Shown: positions 42,266 to 43,904 of the stretch, piece by piece | Numbering within the stretch: position 1 is the first letter of the stretch | How the letters are laid out: each line of letters opens with the position of its first letter | Source: Chrysochromulina tobinii | Lineage: Eukaryota | Assembly (NCBI GenBank): GCA_001275005.1 | Contig: JWZX01003311.1 | Location: 1 to 43,904, forward strand | DNA: 43,904 nucleotides | Direction: 5' to 3' | Translations under genes and position numbers: made by a program | Notes under the pieces: model-generated | Database searches by the model: none | Told to the model about the DNA's origin: nothing | Seen by the model: only the letters and a program-made list of their open reading frames with translations

Positions 42266-42686
42266 CCTGTCCGCAACTCGTCTTGCAAGCTTCCGAGCGC
42301 GAGAGGATGCTCGGAAAAGGGGTCGCTCGTGCACGCGTCCTCCCAAACCACACCCCCCTTTAACCCCCCCCTCCCAAAACCGATAGGAATCCTAGGTCGA
42401 TTTGATGCAGTACAGCACGCCAAGAAAGTGCTGCATCGAGTCCCCCGCCCGCGGCCACTCGGCCCCCATTCTTCTCGCGGCTCAACGTTCTGAGGCCGTC
42501 CATTCTAAAGAGTTAGAGACCACAGCTGTGCCAGCGGCGCTCTCGGCTGCATTCCCCGCGGCAGTGCAGCGCCCCTCGCGGCTGCAGCCCCTTCGGCTGA
42601 AATAGGTCTCTCGTTGGTTCTTTCCGCTAAGGGTCCTTAGTTTCTTGTCTGTCCATGACCAATGTTACCATTTTCGGATTTCATCC

Positions 42687-43904
42687 ATGGACGCGAGTGG
42701 CAGCATCGTGGCGGCCAACGCGATGGTCGACGCGCTCCGTCGCGGCGACGAGGCCAAGGCTGTGGACCTCATCGACAGGGTGACAGGAGCGGCCGATCTC
42801 GGCCTTTGCCTGCTTCGTGCATGTGAGACTGGTCACCCTACGTGCACGAGGCTGCTGCTCGCCGCCCACGCCGCCGTCAACCAGGCAGACCGCAATGGCT
42901 TCACGCCTCTAATCGCCGCCTGCGGCAAAGGCAACGGCGGCTGCGTCCAGCTGCTGCTCGCCGCCCACGCCGCCGTCAACCAGGCAGACCGCAAAGGCGT
43001 CACGCCTCTGATCGTCGCCTGCGTCAAAGGCAACGGCGACTGCGTGCGGCTGCTGCTCGGCGCCCACGCCGTCGTCGACCAGGCAACCAGCACAGGCTCC
43101 ACGCCTCTGATCATGGCTTGCGACAAAGGCCACGGCGACTGCGCACAGCTGCTGCTCGCCGCCCACGCCGCCGTCGACCAGGCAGACAGCGACGGCGTCA
43201 CGCCTCTGTTCGCCGCCTGCATCAAAGGCGACGGCGACTGCGCGAAGCTGCTGCTCAACGCCCACGCCGCCGTCGACCAGGCAGACAGCAACGGCGGCAC
43301 GCCTCTGATGGCCGCCTGCATCAAAGGCCACGGCGACATAGTCAAGCTGCTCGTGCATGCTGGCGCACGCACCGACTTGCGATGCGCTGCGGGCACAGCC
43401 CTCGATCTCGCAGAGGCCCAAGGCCACACCGTCATCGCAAGATTCCTGCGCAGCAGGGGCCGCGCACCTGCGACGATCGCTGCGGGCGCTCCGGTTTCGA
43501 GTGCGGAGCGTGCGGCAGCCGAGCGGGCAGCCGAGCTCGCCGCTGCGGCTCTGCTGGCTGAGGAGGAGGCCGAGGCTGCGCACAAGCAGCAGGCGCACAC
43601 GAAGAAAGCGAGCAAGAAAGCCAAAGCCAAGCAGGCAGGGGCGAGCGAGGCGAGAGCGTCGGTAGCGAGTGCGTCAGCGGCCGCGACTCGCAGTGCCGAG
43701 GCGGACAACGAGGTGGCGGCGGCGGTTGGCGACGACGAGGACGTCGTGTGTCCTCATGCTCCTTCTGCCGCCGCCGACGAGGCGCTACGTGTGGCCATGG
43801 CGGCCGCGCAGTACGAGGGCCTGGTCGGTGCGATCGAGGAGCACCACGCACTCGCGAGCGAGGGTGTGTTGGCGGAGGCGAGGGCGATGCGCGAGCGCTT
43901 GCAC
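42687..43904 (+). CDS. Ankyrin-repeat protein, 3'-truncated by the window edge
   Basis: ATG at 42687 (MDASGSIVAAN...). About five 99-bp repeats encode LLLAAHAAV[N/D]QA..G.TPL..AC.KG. They are followed by AAALLAEEEA...KKA. It is missing from the ORF track, presumably because it has no stop within the window. Confidence 0.85.
   Translation, partial: MDASGSIVAANAMVDALRRGDEAKAVDLIDRVTGAADLGLCLLRACETGHPTCTRLLLAAHAAVNQADRNGFTPLIAACGKGNGGCVQLLLAAHAAVNQADRKGVTPLIVACVKGNGDCVRLLLGAHAVVDQATSTGSTPLIMACDKGHGDCAQLLLAAHAAVDQADSDGVTPLFAACIKGDGDCAKLLLNAHAAVDQADSNGGTPLMAACIKGHGDIVKLLVHAGARTDLRCAAGTALDLAEAQGHTVIARFLRSRGRAPATIAAGAPVSSAERAAAERAAELAAAALLAEEEAEAAHKQQAHTKKASKKAKAKQAGASEARASVASASAAATRSAEADNEVAAAVGDDEDVVCPHAPSAAADEALRVAMAAAQYEGLVGAIEEHHALASEGVLAEARAMRERLH

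Noticed and set aside
42833..43708. Minus-strand ORFs of 291 and 229 aa
   Set aside because: They are antisense to the plus-strand ankyrin gene that runs off the window.

Overview
GC-rich eukaryotic nuclear DNA with short spliceosomal introns. An Lhcx-type light-harvesting gene and the gene content suggest a chlorophyll-c alga, probably a haptophyte of the Chrysochromulina type; the organism is inferred, not shown. About 14 intact protein genes are present: a kinesin, a ~1970-aa EF-hand/HET-TIR-like/LRR protein, a dienelactone hydrolase, a 15-exon ~2040-aa gene, dUTPase, PP1, calreticulin, Lhcx, a THUMP RNA methyltransferase, two ankyrin proteins, a FABP-like protein, a zf-CW/MBD chromatin protein, an alpha/beta hydrolase and an ARTC-receiver-WWE protein. 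There is also a ~2.1-kb element bounded by 27-bp inverted repeats. The most striking signal is a set of about 17 introns in three unrelated genes. They share two cassette families that supply the 3' splice site: CTGATGRCCT-type decamer arrays ending ...CCTCATCAG, and GCATGCAAGTGCTCACCACGG...CCCCACAG. In many of them the 5' end of the intron is a 7-45 bp copy of the start of the following exon, which looks like an intron-generating mechanism caught in the act. Exon models were built by hand from GT/GC-AG boundaries and reading-frame continuity; no transcript evidence is available.
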